Shown here: in pieces, positions 1 through 14,300 of the stretch
How the letters are laid out: every line of letters begins with the position of its first letter
Numbering within the stretch: the stretch's first letter is position 1
Assembly (NCBI RefSeq): GCF_028641065.1
Contig: NC_073391.1
Location: 5,146,001 to 5,210,000, forward strand
DNA: 64,000 bases
From: Leucoraja erinacea
Lineage: Eukaryota
Reading direction: 5' to 3'
Program-made: the position numbers and the translations under genes
The notes under the pieces: model-generated
What the model saw: only the letters and a program-made list of their open reading frames with translations
Told to the model about the DNA's origin: nothing
Database searches by the model: none

Positions 1-144
1 AGCTTCATTTTAAGTAACCTGCACTTACAGATAAGCTCAGTGTGGTTTTTCAGACGTTCATTACAGAATTTAAAAATATTTAAAACAGGCGAAGGTATGT
101 AAATTGGCAATGGTAAGTAAATTACAAAAAAAATGATTACTGAC

Positions 145-190
145 CTGGCTCATGGTCACAAACTTCATATTCATCTTCGTTGTCATCCTC
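145..190 (-). CDS. blnk: blnk exon EDDNEDEYEVCDHEP, phase 0-1
   Basis: Acceptor gatattttaacag, donor CAG/gtcagt, 46 nt; acidic tyrosine motif. Confidence 0.8.
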
Positions 191-3100
191 CTGTTAAAAT
201 ATCAGGTGGCCATTTTTATTTTCGTTCAGATATTTTAATGTAAATAAAATGATTTTGCTGTTTTCTAAAGGTTACTAATTGTTTCCGCAAAGATCAAATA
301 AAAAATGGAATATGGTGTTATTTACTTTCTTAATCAATATTTGCAGGTAATGAAAATAATGCAAATCATTTCAGAAGGTAACATGGTAGACATGGTTTAC
401 ATAGACTTCAATATGGCTTTAGACATGGTAAGATCCAGAAGGCATGAGGTATTCAAGGTGTATTTGCAAACTGGATCCAAAATTGGTTTGACAATAGGAG
501 GCAGAGGGTAATGATAGAAAATAGGTGCAGGGGGAGGCCATTTGGCCCATGATCACAATGAATGGCGGTGCGGGCTTGAAGGGCCAAATAGCCTACTCCT
601 GCGCCTATTGTCTATTGTGTGATTGCAGTCTTTGGACTATTTACCCCTGGATACTGATTTGATGTCAGTTTTTACCAGGATTAAAGCTGTTTCATTCTGT
701 CACGTGTGTAGGATGAAACTGCAGATGCTGGTTTAAACCGAAGATAGACACAAATGCTGGATTAACTCAGCAGATCAGGCAGCATCTCTGGAGAAAAGGA
801 ATAGGTGTAGTTTCGGGTCTAGACCCTTCTTCAGACATAAGAGGTGTCTCGACCACGGACCTTATGAAAAACGTTTGTATGCAGAAGTTACAAATCCATA
901 GCATGATTTTAGTGGTTTTTGCAAATAAAAAAGCTGTCTGTACACGTCAATTAAAAATTAAGCTACATCTAGCACCATTTTTCCCCTTCAATATACTCCC
1001 CTCTTCTATATTGATTATCTGACCAATATAGAATCAATGATCTGGTTTATTGAGTATAGGTGACCACAGGGAGAATGCAGAATTCACTCATCAGGATGTT
1101 GCCTACAATTGAGGGTTGTCCATTCTTGTGCAAATTTATTTAATCACAGGCTGATTTTTGCTATTTTTTCATATGATGAGTTTCCATGTCCACCATTTAT
1201 TCTTATATTTTTCTGAAACCCTATAAATCTCTCTGAAAAAAGTTCTGCTGGTCATTTTCCGTTCTGCAGGTATTCATGTCCAGGGATTTCTGTGAAATCT
1301 CCCGCTAGTTGGATGCATGATACAATATTGAATCAGCCCAGTGTAGTGTAAAAATTCACAACATGGATTTCAAGCAATTCACAAAATGGATATCACTGCA
1401 AGGAGGCGAACAAAGATCATAACCTTGCCTCAACATTGCTTGAAATCACACGAGAGATGACAAAGTTGGAAGGTTTGAGCCCAGCTTCTGTATCCAGAAT
1501 TGTTAGGCAAGGGTTCAAAACCAGATCACTAACACCCAAGAGGACTGGCAGGTTGCGGCTGCAAATGGACAACTCCTCCATGAGATGAGTTGAGGCCTTG
1601 CTGAATCGGAAGTGTCCCAGGAAAATAAGAGATGCCCTGAATAACGATTTGGAGGCAGCAGGAGCCTCAATAAGCTCCAGCACCGTATGCTGATGCCTTA
1701 CTGAAGACAGTCGTATAGCCAGAAGATTTGTGGAAAATCAACTTCTAACTGCTGCGTTGAAGCGAAAAACAATACCAGTGGACCTTAAAATATAAAGATT
1801 GGACAAATGAGGGCTGGTGAAAGATGTTATTCAGTGACGTAAACCATTTCCTGGTTCAAGGCCAACATGTTCGAGATAATTTAGAGAGCTGGTAAGAAAA
1901 TGCCACGTTGACCAGTTTGTCAAACACTCTGGAAAGATGATGTTCTGGGGTTGTTCCAGCTATTATGGTGTTGATCCACTGCACCTTGTTGCAGAATGAT
2001 GGGATTGCTACAATGTATCGATGTATTGGAGAGGAGTGGTACTGGAGATGGCAAAGACTTGAGATAGACACAAAATACTGGAGTAACTCAGCAGGACAGG
2101 CAGCATCTCTGGAGAGAAGGAATGGGTGACGTTTCGGGTCGAAATCCTTCTTCAGACTTTAGATTAGTTTATTGTCACGTGTACCGATGTACAGTGAAAA
2201 GTTTTTGTTGCGTGCTAACCAGTCAGCGAAAAGACAATACATGATTACAATCGAGCCATTTATGGTGTAGAGTGTAGAGATACATGATTGGGAATTCAAC
2301 GTTTCCAGATGTATCTGGGATATTCCAGCAAGACCTTGCACCATGCCACACATCGAAGACGGTGACACTTTTTTTCCAGCAAAAAGGGATAAGTTTATGG
2401 ACTTGCCTGGCAACTGGCCTGACCAGAATCCAATTGAGAATATGTGGTCAATTGTCAGGGGGAGACTGAAATGAAAGGACTGTGGCACAAGACAGAAGTT
2501 CATTGAGGCCATAATTCAACCGTGGTATCAAGATGAAAGGACCCTCAGAAACTGACAGAATCTGGTCAATTCGATGCCAAATCATGACAAAGATTTGATA
2601 AAGAATCGTGGTGGGCATATAATGTACTAAAGACATAATGGTGGGATGATAATGAATAAAAGGCGGTCCTGCAATATGAATGTTGACTCATTTAATCTGA
2701 GTTTCTGCTTAATTCCATTAATATGCACAGTGGTATAGATGTAAAGAGAGATTACATAGGCTGGGTTTATTCTCAATGGAATGTACCAAGTAGGGTAACC
2801 TTAGAGGATTATCAAATTATGAAGGACATAGATGGAAAGATGGTCAGAATTTTTTTCCCAGTTTAGAACTAGAGGGAACAGTTTTCAGATTTAAATTCCA
2901 TATTAGTTTATTGACATATACACCAGGGTGCAATGAAAGTCTTTAGATTATAGCGTTTAGAGATACAGCGCATAAGCAGACTCTTCGGCCCATGGAGTAT
3001 GTGCCGACCAGCGATCAGCCCGAACACCAGCTCTAATCTAAGCATTAGGGACAATTTACAATTTAACCAACAAACCTGGAGTGTTGCAGGAAACTGGGGC

Positions 3101-6100
3101 ACCCAGAGAAAACCCACACGGTCACAGGGAGACATACAAGACAGGGAGACATACATATGAGACATATTATTTTTTTAAATTCAAATCGTTTGCTATGTCG
3201 CTCTTCAAGGGAGATGCTAAATGCATTTCGTTGTCTCTGTACTGTACACTGACAATGACAATTAAATTGAATCTGAATCTGAATCTGATACAAACAGACA
3301 GCACTCGTAGTCCGGATGAAACCAGGACTCTGGCGCTGTTAGGCAGCAACAACTACCACTATGCATTGTGCCACCCCAGGACCAAGTCCTTGTTCACATC
3401 AAACTCATAGAATAGATAGTATACATGAAGCAATTATTATTTTCTCACCTGGGATAAATAAAGTTCTATTGTATTGTATTGTATGACAAATTCAACAATA
3501 AATACAAAATATAATATGAAAAGGGAGAAATGTAAGGGAGATTTGGGGGAGGTTTCTCATACAGATGCTGGTGGTTTTCTGGAATGTGCTGCCAGAGAAA
3601 TTATGGAGGTAAATATGATCACAATGTTAAAAAGGCATTTGATGAGGTAATTAGATACAAATGGCCCAGAGGGGTAGAGACTTGTTGAAGGCAAGTGGGA
3701 TTAGCCAAGATCAGCATGAAACAGCTGGGCAGAGTGGACTTGCACATGATACTATGATACTATGATTATAATTAAGAATTTTATATGGATCTGCATTGAG
3801 ATAGGGAATGAGATTTTGTGTGCTTTATGATCACACTATTGTTCAACAGCATTGCATCATCTTCTACTTCAGTCTGGGTAACCACTCAAGCTTTATCCTG
3901 CTTCCATTTTAAAGCTGCTCCAGAGGGGAAGATGAAATAATTTTTTTCTTAAACTTTGAAACTTACAGTTTTCAAAGCGGGAAATTTTCGGTTCGGTGGT
4001 GGCTCTTTTCTGGAAAAAAAAATATATGTTGACGAACAAATCTGCAGTGTTAATGTTTTGACAACCTGCCCTGCAATCAATGTTTAAGGTGATAGAAGGA
4101 TGAGTTAATAAATGATAGCAGCAGAATTGGGCCATTCGGCCCATCAAGTCTACTCCGCCATTCAACCTGGCTGATCTATCTTATTCTCTCAACATCAATT
4201 GTCCCGCCTTCTCCCCATAACCCCCGACACTCATACAAATCAAAAATCTGTCAACCTCCGCCTTAAACATTTCCATAGACTTGTCCTCCACAGCCATCTG
4301 TGGCAATGAATTCCACAGATTCACCACCCTCTGACTGAAGAAATTCCTCCTCATCTCCTTTCTGAAAGTACGTCCTTTTATTCTGAGGCTATGACCTCTA
4401 GTCCTAGACAGTCCCACTTGGTTAAGATTGAAGGTAGACACAAAATGCTGGAGTAACTCAGCGGGTGAGGCAGCATCTCTGGAGAGAAGGAATGGACGAC
4501 GTTTCGGGTCGAGACCCTTCTTCAGACTAATGTCAGGGGAGGGGGCAGGACAAAGATAGAATGTAGGCGGAGACAGTAAGACTGATGGGAGAACTGGGAA
4601 GGGGAAGGGGAGGGAGAGAGAAAGCAAGGGCTATCTGAAGTTAGAGAAGTCAATGTTTGTGGTGTAGACTACTCAAGCGAAATACGAGGTGCTGTTCATA
4701 AAAGATTAAGATTAAGATCAGGGGGTAATAAAGTTAGCTGCTGAGGCTGACGTTTTGTGATTTTTTCATGTCTGAAGCCATATGCTGGATATGGGACAGT
4801 TTTTGATGATCAGTATCCAGTGTTGTCAGATACTTGCAGATCAAACAAAGAACAAACATTCTTTCACAGTGACAATATACTGTAATTCACCACAATTTCA
4901 AAATACCATTTCCTTTTGAATTTTCTACATAATATAAAGTTCTTTTGTCTTTTGATTTAAAATGTTTAAAACGGCGGGGTTCTCTATCGAATAAAATTAA
5001 TAGCTGATACCATGGAGGAAAAAAATAACAACGATTTTTGTTTTTTGACTTGTTTCTTAGTGACGTGCGTTGGAAACAGCTCAGTATGGTTCAGCATTTA
5101 TGGATAAAGTATAAGACCAAATTGGTCAATATTTTTTTTGTATATTATAATCCTTTTATGACCGTACTTTTCTCATTATAAAAAACAAACCTTGTTAAAT
5201 TCTTTCAACTCATTTTATCAAAATTGGAACGGCAATCAGCAATGTTAACTTTCAATGAAACCAATTTAACATGAAATTCTGGAAATCTTATTCCATTTAA
5301 AGAGTGCAAAAAGGATTTATCTGAGGGTTTCAATTTTAAGGAGAGGCTGGATAGACTAGGACGTTCCCATGGAGTGTAGGAGGCTGAAGGGTGACCTTAT
5401 AGAGGACCATAGATAAGGCAAGTAAACACAGTCTTTTTCCCTGGGGTATTGGAGGCCATAGGTCTAAGGTTAGAGGGGAACGATTTAAAAGGGACTCGAA
5501 GAATAGCTTTTGCACACATCGGGTGGTGCGTACATGGAATGAGCTGTCAGAAGAAATGGTGGAAGCAAATACAATAACATTTAAAAGATACTTGGAGAGG
5601 TACATGGATAGGAAAGGTTTGGAGGGATAAGGGCATTACACAGACAAGTAGGCCTAGCTCGGTTAAGAAACTTGGACATCATTGATAAAGGGCTCATTTG
5701 CATGCTGCTTTGGTCCATGGCTAAAAACACAAGACGACCTAAGGGATGGTCATCTGGCCCTTTACTGATCAACCCATTCTGTATCCTGTGCAGATGTACT
5801 TAGCTCAGCACATCGTAATGTTCAGTTTGCTCCCCTCCTCTTCCACCTCTGTCCCACTATTAACGTTGATACACAGCATGAAACTCCCTCCCGCCCACAC
5901 CATTCCCCGCATCTACCTGGCAATTTGTTAAGTTCGGTTGCAGGCTTTTCAATTTATTTCTACACCTGTTCTTTCTACAAATCTGAATGTCTTTGGCATT
6001 CCTTCTGCTAACTTCCTGTTTGTGTATTGTTTATGATTCATTTGTTCCTTAAAGTTGCACGCTATTTATTGTCAACTGACGCATTGCTGTTTCCCACAAA

Positions 6101-8296
6101 AGCCATCTGAGTATTTATGCAAACAAAGTATTCACAAAAATAGTACCTGAGTGCTTCTGGCGTAATGGCCACTTTGGGAAGAAAGCGAGCAAGGAAAGGT
6201 GGACTCCCTGTTCCTGAAGACCCAGGTTTCGGAAGTTGTGGCTTAGGTCTTCAAACAGAAGAAAAACATTTGTCTGATTAGAATTTTAAGATAAATATAA
6301 GTGGAGAGAATAAACACCAAAAGCTGGAGTAACTCAGCGGGTCAGACAGCATCTTTGGAGAGAAGGAATATGTGACTTTTCAGGCCAGGACCCTTCTTCA
6401 GACTGAGAGTCAGGGGATAGGGAAACGAGAGATACAGACGATGATGTAGAGAGATACAGAACAAATGAATGAAAGATATGCAAAAAAGTAACAATGATAA
6501 AGGAACGGACTATTAACTGAGGGCCAGGTGAAAATGAATTACAGCCAATGAGACTCAACAAGACGACTTTGAAGCTGGTACAACTTGGGTGGAGGGGGGA
6601 TGGACAGAGAGAGGATGCAAGGGTTACTTGAAGTTTGAGAAATGGATATTCATACCACTGAGGTGTAAGCTGCCTGAACAAAATATGAGGTGCTGTTCCT
6701 CCAATTTACGTTTAGCCTCACTCTGACAATGGAGGAGGGCCAGGACAGAAAGGTCAGTGTGGGAATGGGAGGGGGAAGTAAAGTGTTTGGCAACCGGGAG
6801 ATCAAGTCGGTCCAGGCGGACTGGGCGGAAAGCATCTGATGAAGTAGTTGGTGATGCATATGACTCAAGCCCATGTAAGGATTCCCAGGAGCAATGTCGA
6901 ATTCCTCAGCACTGCTTAGGAAATGTGGCTCTTAGAATGGATGGAATTCCAGGACATTTGGAAATTTCTCCAAAAAAGTGATGACAGGCAAAAAGCAAAT
7001 TATCCTCCAAAAGAGAGTGGACGTTTGCAACATTCCTGCTTCATTTTCCTGCCGTTTAAGCTGTAAGGTGATCAATTTGGAGAAATGCTGGGGAAAGTGC
7101 AAGATGAGCATCTGTCCCCCAACACAACACAACTCTGTCCCTCTCCCCATGACTGATCAGAGGTTTGGGGAGAGGCATGCAAGAGCTATGGAGCTGAGTT
7201 GCAGAATCAAATCCGGGATCAGGTTGTACAAAGTTGCAAATCAAATGGCTTAAAGACGGAATTTGTTGGAGAAAGATGACACGCTGACATGAAGGGAAGC
7301 GTCTCGACCTGAAACGTCATCCATTCCTTCTCTCCAGAGATGCTGCCTGTCCTGCTGAGTTACTCCAGCATTTTGTGTCTATCTTCGGTTTAAACCAGCA
7401 TCTGCAGTTCCTTTCTACATTGATGATTGCCTGTTCATTTGAAGCCATGGAAACCCAGTTGCAGCCAATGAGATTGGATGGAGGAAGCCATGTTAGCAAG
7501 ATGACATCTACTGTCACTCGCAGGGGACATGGACATGATAAGGGTCATTCCAAAGCTGAAGATGACTGTGAGTGTTTCAGATGAGGGAATTTTGGACATG
7601 TTGCCAGGATGTAAAGGAATGGAGGATGAATAAAACAATTATGTTCCATGTCCTTGAAGTGTGTTTATGATATTCTGATCAAGGTGAGGATCTGAGGCAG
7701 TCTCTGTCACTTGTGGACGTTGGCTGAGAGAAGATGAAAAGCCTTTGAAAAGGACTGACATTGCCATCATCGCTATGGTTGTGGATGTCTCCTCACTGCT
7801 CCAATGCAAGACTCTAGGTGGGTGCATGGTTATTATAATCAACATCCTAAAAAAGTCTCCATTGTAAACTAAGGCAGCACGATGGCGCAGCGGTAGAGTT
7901 GCTGCTTTATGGCGCTGGAGACCTGGATACGATCTGGACTACGGGTGCTGTCTGTGTGGAGTTTGTACGTTCTCCCCGTGACCTGCGTGGGTTTTCTCCG
8001 AGATCTTCGGTTTCCTCCCACACTCCAAGAGACAGGTTAATTGGCCAGTAATAAGTGTAAAATAATGTGTGGGGATTGCTGGCCGGCGCAGACTCGTGGA
8101 TCGAAGGGCTTGTTTCCGCACTGTATCTCTAAACTAAAAAACTTAAAACTAATGAAGCAACTATGCCTGCCATGCTATTTCTTGCAATATTCTGACAAGA
8201 TATTCTATTCTTTGTCCAATTTGAAATTGCGTGATTGTAAATCAAATGGTTTTGAAAACAAGCAAGCCTCTCTCTATTTCCAGGATGTGGAGAATT

Positions 8297-8345
<49 letters not shown>

Positions 8346-11300
8346 ACAGTTACAGTAAAATGTTATATCTCAGATCATATCATTGGTTTATTTATTCATG
8401 TGTGTATATATTTATATCATGGTATATGGACACATTTATCTGTTTTGTAGTAAATGCCTACTATTTTTCTGTATGCTTAAGCAAAGCAAGAATTTCATTG
8501 TCCTATACAGGGACACATGACAATAAACTCACTTGAACTTGAACTTGGTTAGAAATGGTCAGTATAAAATGTTGATGATTGTGGATGAAAATCTTTAAGG
8601 TGGCCACTTGGGGGCGCTCTTATACAAAGTAGCAAAAAGAAAATGACAACATTACAGGACTGACATTGTAATTTGTTATATTTGGGAGAGACCCCAAATC
8701 ATGTGGAATACAACTGGATGATAAAAAAAAGACAGCACTGTCACGATAAACATATTTATCACTGTGCAGTTCATTTGATTTATGATTTGAGTTATGCGAT
8801 TTACATTAATACGTTCAAATTAATTTTTCCTCCAATTAATATCTGTTGAATTCTTGATTAATTTAATTAGCAGCAATACCTAAAATATGAGTTTGTAAGC
8901 TGGCTGACAGAGCCAGCACAACATTGTTAATATTTAACCTTTAACTCTCTCTTTCATAATCACTGGATGGAATTAAGAGAACGTTAGATAGAGCTCTAGT
9001 GGCTAGTGGAATCAAGGGATAAGGGGAGAAGGCAGGCACAGGTTATTGATTTGGGATGATCAGCCATGATCACAATGAATGGCGGTGCTGGCTTGAAGGC
9101 CCGAATGGCCTCCTCCTGCTCCCATTTTCTGTGTTTCTATAAACGTTATGAAATGTGCCAGGTCAAATAAGGTTGTTGTAGTAGGGGATTTTAACTTTCC
9201 CAATATAGACTGGGAAAACCATAGTGGGAAGGGTTTAAATGGGGTGCAATTTCTCAAAGGTGTTCAGGAGAGTTTTCTGAAGCAGTATGTGGAGGCCCCC
9301 ACATGTGCAAGGGCAATGCTGGATCTAGTGTTGAGAAATTGGGAAGTGCAAGTTAATGAAATGTTTGTGGAGGAGCTTTTTGGGACCAGTGACCGCAGTT
9401 CGATTAGGTTTAAGATAGTTATGGATAGGGACGGAGAGGGTCCACATGTTAAAATGCTCAACTAGGGTAAGGTCAACTTTGAGGTGTATGAGAGAAGGTT
9501 TCGCTCAAGTTGACTGGAATAGGTTATTTGAGGGGAAAGGAACATCGGCCAAGTGGGATGTTTTAAAAAATGTACTGACGAAAGCTCAGGATATGTACTT
9601 CCCTGTTAGAGTGAAGGGCAAAGCAGGCAAATGTAAGGAAGCTTGGCTGATGAGGGAGATTGAGGTGTTGGTCAAAAACAAGAAGGATGCATGGGACAGG
9701 TATAGGCAGCTGGGATCAAGTGCACCCCTGGAGGAGATTTGGGAGCTGAGGAGTAAACTGATAAAAAAAGAGATCAGAAGGGCAAAAAGGGACCAGGAGA
9801 TAGCTCTGGAAGGTAGCATTAAGGACAATCCCAAAAGATTTTATAAATACATGTGGGAAAAGGGTTACTAGAGAGAGAGTGGGACCTCTCAGGGATAAAA
9901 GTGGTCACCTCTGTGTGGAGCCACAGGAGATGGGCAAGGTCCTCAATGAGTATTTCTCTTCTGTATTTACCGAGGAGAAAGACAGTAGGATGGAGGAACT
10001 TGCGGCAGTCAATGGTATTGTCTTGAGAGCAGCCAGTGTTACCGTCGAAGAAGTGCTGAAGGTACTGTTGTGTATGAAGGTAGACAAATGTCCAGGGCCT
10101 GATCAGATATATCCAAGGACATTGCAGGTAACTAGAGAGGAAATTGCGGGAGCCTTGGTTGAAATTTATGAGTCGTCCTTAATACAGGAGAGGTGCCGGA
10201 AGACTGGAGGGTGGCAAATGGGCTGTAGGGAAAATGCTGGGAACTATAGGTCAGTGAGCTTAACATCTGTAGTTGGAAAGTTACAAGAGAGTATTCTGAG
10301 GGATAGGTTATACAGGCATTTGGATGGGCAAGGGCTGTTTAGGGATAGTCAGCATGGTTTTATACATGGGAGGACGTGTCTCACAAATCTGATTGATTTT
10401 TTTGAAGACGCGATCAATTTTGTGTACGTGGATTTCAGTAAGGCATTCAACAAGGTTCTGCATGGTAGGCTGCTCTGGAAGATTAGATTGCATGGGATCC
10501 AAGGAGAGATAGCTGAATGGATAGCACATTGGCTCCATGGAAGGAAGCAGAGGGTGATGGTGGAAGGTTGCTTCTCGGACTGGATGCCTGTGACTAGTGG
10601 TGTGCCTCAGAGTTCGATGCCGGGCCTGTTACTGTTTGTCATCTACATCAATGATTTGGATGAAACCATATAGGGCAAGATTAGCAAGTTTGCTGATGAT
10701 CCCACAGTGAGTGGTTTTCCAGACTGAGAAAGATTACAGCAGGATCTGGATCGATTGGCCAGGTGGGCTGGGGAATGGTTGATGGAATTTAATACAGAAA
10801 AGTGTGAGGTGTTGCATTTTGGGACTTCGAACAAGGGCAGGACCTACACAGTAAATGGTAGGCATTTGGATAGTGTTGTAGAGCAGAGGGATCTAGGAGT
10901 ACAGGTGCATGGTTCCTTGAAGGTTGAGTCGCAGGTAGATAAGGTGGTCAAAAAGGCTTTTGGCACTCTGGCCTTCATGGGTCAGAGTATTGAGTATAGA
11001 AGTTGGAAGGTTGTGTGGCAGTTTTATAAGACATTGGTGAGGCCACATTTAGAATATTGTGTTCAGTTCAGGATACCATGTTATAGGAAAGATATTGTCA
11101 AGTTTGAAAGGGTTCAGAAAATATTTACGAGGACTAGAGGGTGTGAGCTATAGGGAGAGGTTGAGTAGACTGGGTCTCTGTTCCATGGAGTGCAGGAGGA
11201 TGAGGGGGACTCTTATAGAGGTGTATAAAATCATGAGAGGAATAGATCGGGTAGATGCACAGAGTCTGTTGCCCAGAGCAGGGGAATCGAGGACCAGAGG

Positions 11301-14300
11301 ACATAGGTTCATGGTGAAGAGGAAAAGAATTAATGGGAATCCGAGGGGTAACCTTTTCATCACAAAGGGTGGTGGGTGTATGGAACAAGCTGCCAGAGGA
11401 GGTAGTTGACGCTGGGACTATCAGAAACAGTTAGACAGGTACATGGATAGGACAGGTTTGGAGTGATATGGACCAAGCGCTGGCAAGTGGGACAAGTGTA
11501 GCTGAGACATTGTGTGGGCAAGTTGGGCCGAAGGGCCTGTTTCCACACTCTTATCACTCTATGACTCTATATAAAATGCTGGCTAATTCCTCTCCGTTAA
11601 TAACATAGAGAGTAACTCCTCCAATTCATTGTGCAGATAATGTGCAGGGAGAAACTGCAGATGCTGTTTTAAACCAAAGATAGACACAAAATGCTGGAGT
11701 AACAGTGGGATAGGGAGTATCTCTGGATAGAAGGAATGGGTGATGTTTTGGGTTGAGACCCTTCTTCAGACTGAGAGATGGTCTATCTTCTCTCTATCAT
11801 TGTGCAGATACATTATTTGTGTTCTTTACATGCAAAGATTCAGAAAGATTGTCCAGAAACAGATGTTAAAAAGTAAAAGTTGAACACTAAATGAATTTAA
11901 TAACATCCATTACATTTCTGAGGTCTTTCCTACGGGCTATCTCCAGGATAAAACTCATGTCACCCAGTTTCTGTTAAAAATTTGTTTGTTAATATTGTTT
12001 GTGTCAAAATCCCCAACAGCCTCAAATATTGTCCCATGTATGACTGAGGATGTTGTCATCATGCACTGTATTTGGTCTGGGCTTGGGCTCTCTGGACACT
12101 GGAACTCTGGCAGTAACAAGACCAGTAGATCCAGCATAGATCTAACTAAAGTCAAGCTTTGGTTTCTGATATAGAGTCGAAACAGGCCCTTCGGCCCACC
12201 AAGTCCACGCTCACCATTGGTCACCCATACACTAACCATATAACCATATAACAATTACAGCACGGAAACAGGCCATCTCGGCCCTACAAGTCCGTGCCGA
12301 ACAAATTTTTTTTCACCTTAGTCCCACCTGCCTGCACTCATACCATAACCCTCCATTCCCATCTCATCCATATGCCTATCCAATTTATTTTTAAATGATA
12401 CCAATGAACCTGCCTCCACCACTTCCACTGGAAGCTCATTCCACACCGCCACCACTCTCTGAGTAAAGAAGTTCCCCCTCATATTACCCCTAAACTTCTG
12501 TCCCTTAATTCTGAAGTCAGGTCCTCTTGTTTGAATCTTCCCTATTCTCAAAGGGAAAAGCTTATCTACACTAGTTCTGTGTTATCTCACTTCTGCAACT
12601 TACACTGTGTTATCTCACTTCTGCAACTTACAACTGGAGTGACGAGAGCAAATCCACACGCTCACAGGGAGGACGTACAAACTCCACACAGACAGCACCC
12701 GAGGTCAGGATCGATCCTGGGTCTCAGCCACTGTGAGGCAGCAACTCTACTGCTGCGCGATTATGCCATAAAGGATCTGGGGGGATTGCCAGATTCCTGC
12801 TCGGAAACCTGAAGAAAATTGATTTGTTGTGGATGAATGGATCACCTTGTAAATTGCTTATTTGTGTCTAATCAAAAACAAAGTTAAAAGATAAATTCAT
12901 CAAACTCTGTAACGTCTCTCACATTCGCTTTTAATTGTGATGTACCTGAACATTGGTGGTGAAGGCTCCTAAGGACAAAAGAACAAATACCAGGTTACAT
13001 CAGATTTTGGAAAGTGATTGGAGAATTACTGCATTGTACACTCATGTTACAAAACACACCTTTAGTTACAATCAATGTGTGAACCAATATAATGATCAAG
13101 GAGAAAAGCACCATGCTGCAGGCACTTAAAATCTGAAATAATACAGTAAATTCAGGATATACTCTGTATATCCGGCAACATATGTTGGAGACAGAATCAG
13201 AACTAATGCTTCAGGCCAATAAATAAACTCCTGGAAGAATTCAGAGGGTCAAGCAGCAGCTGATTAGTACTAGTGTCAGGGGTGACAGGGAAAAGGCAGG
13301 AGAATGGGGTTAGGAGGGAGAGATAGATCAGCCATGATTGAATAGCAGAGTAGGCTTGATGGGCCGAATGGCCTAATTCTGCTCCTATCACTTATGACCT
13401 TAATGGACATAGTTTTAGACGAAGACCATGTATCAGGACCGAGAGTGTAAGGAAAGGAAGCCGGTATATGGAAATGAGGGGAGAGCTATTTATTTGCTAA
13501 CCCCATCTGATTTACATTATTCTTTTCAGGTGAAATAAGGTAAACCCTATCCTGAAATTTCAGAAGCTTTTTCTGATATATTATGGCCACATTTGTATAA
13601 ATTTGTATAAATACTTGTATAAATTTCACAAATCATTGAAATTAACATCAGAAACTTACCAATTCATCAGGAACTTCGTACACATCTGTGAGAGGAGGAC
13701 ATGTATTAATAAGATGAAAACACAGCTAATATGTTGAGAAGTTTCCCAAAATTGACACAAGGTTCATGTTTGTTTAACAGCAAATTGATTTGCATGTATG
13801 TGTCAAGCTCCCCAATTCAAATATAGAAACAGGGAACTGCAGATGCTGGTCTAAAAAAGACACAAAGTGCTGGAGTAGGTCAGCGGGTCAGCCGGCATCT
13901 CAGGAAAGTGTGGATAGGCAGCATTTTGGGTTGGGACCCTTCTTCAGACCTGAAATGATCTATTTCCATGTTCTACTGAGATACTGCCTGACCCTCTGAA
14001 CTACTCAAGCATTCCGTGTCTTTCCCAATTCAAATTTGGGCGGCACGGTGGCACAGCGGTAGAGTTGGTGCCTTACAGCGCTTGCAGCGCCAGAGACCCG
14101 AGTTCAATCCTGACGACGGATGCTGTCTGTACGGAGTTTGTACGTTCTCCCCGTGACCTGCGTGGGTTTTCTCTGAGATTTTCGTTTTCCTCCCACACTC
14201 CAAAGACGTACAGGTTTGTTGGTTAATTGGCTTGGTACAAATGTACATTGACCCTAGTGTGTGTAGGGTAGTGTTAATGTGGGGGATTTCTGGCCAGTGC

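Noticed and set aside
23-100. gtaagt donor near position 28 as the next blnk exon
   Set aside because: No suitable acceptor between it and the exon at 145.
9146-11409. Long ORFs (264, 141 and 132 aa) as a host gene
   Set aside because: They are frameshifted pieces of CR1 ORF2.
14038-14115. tRNA genes at SINE heads (also 52881 and 56729)
   Set aside because: A and B boxes continue into SINE bodies and LINE-derived tails; I could not fold a full cloverleaf.
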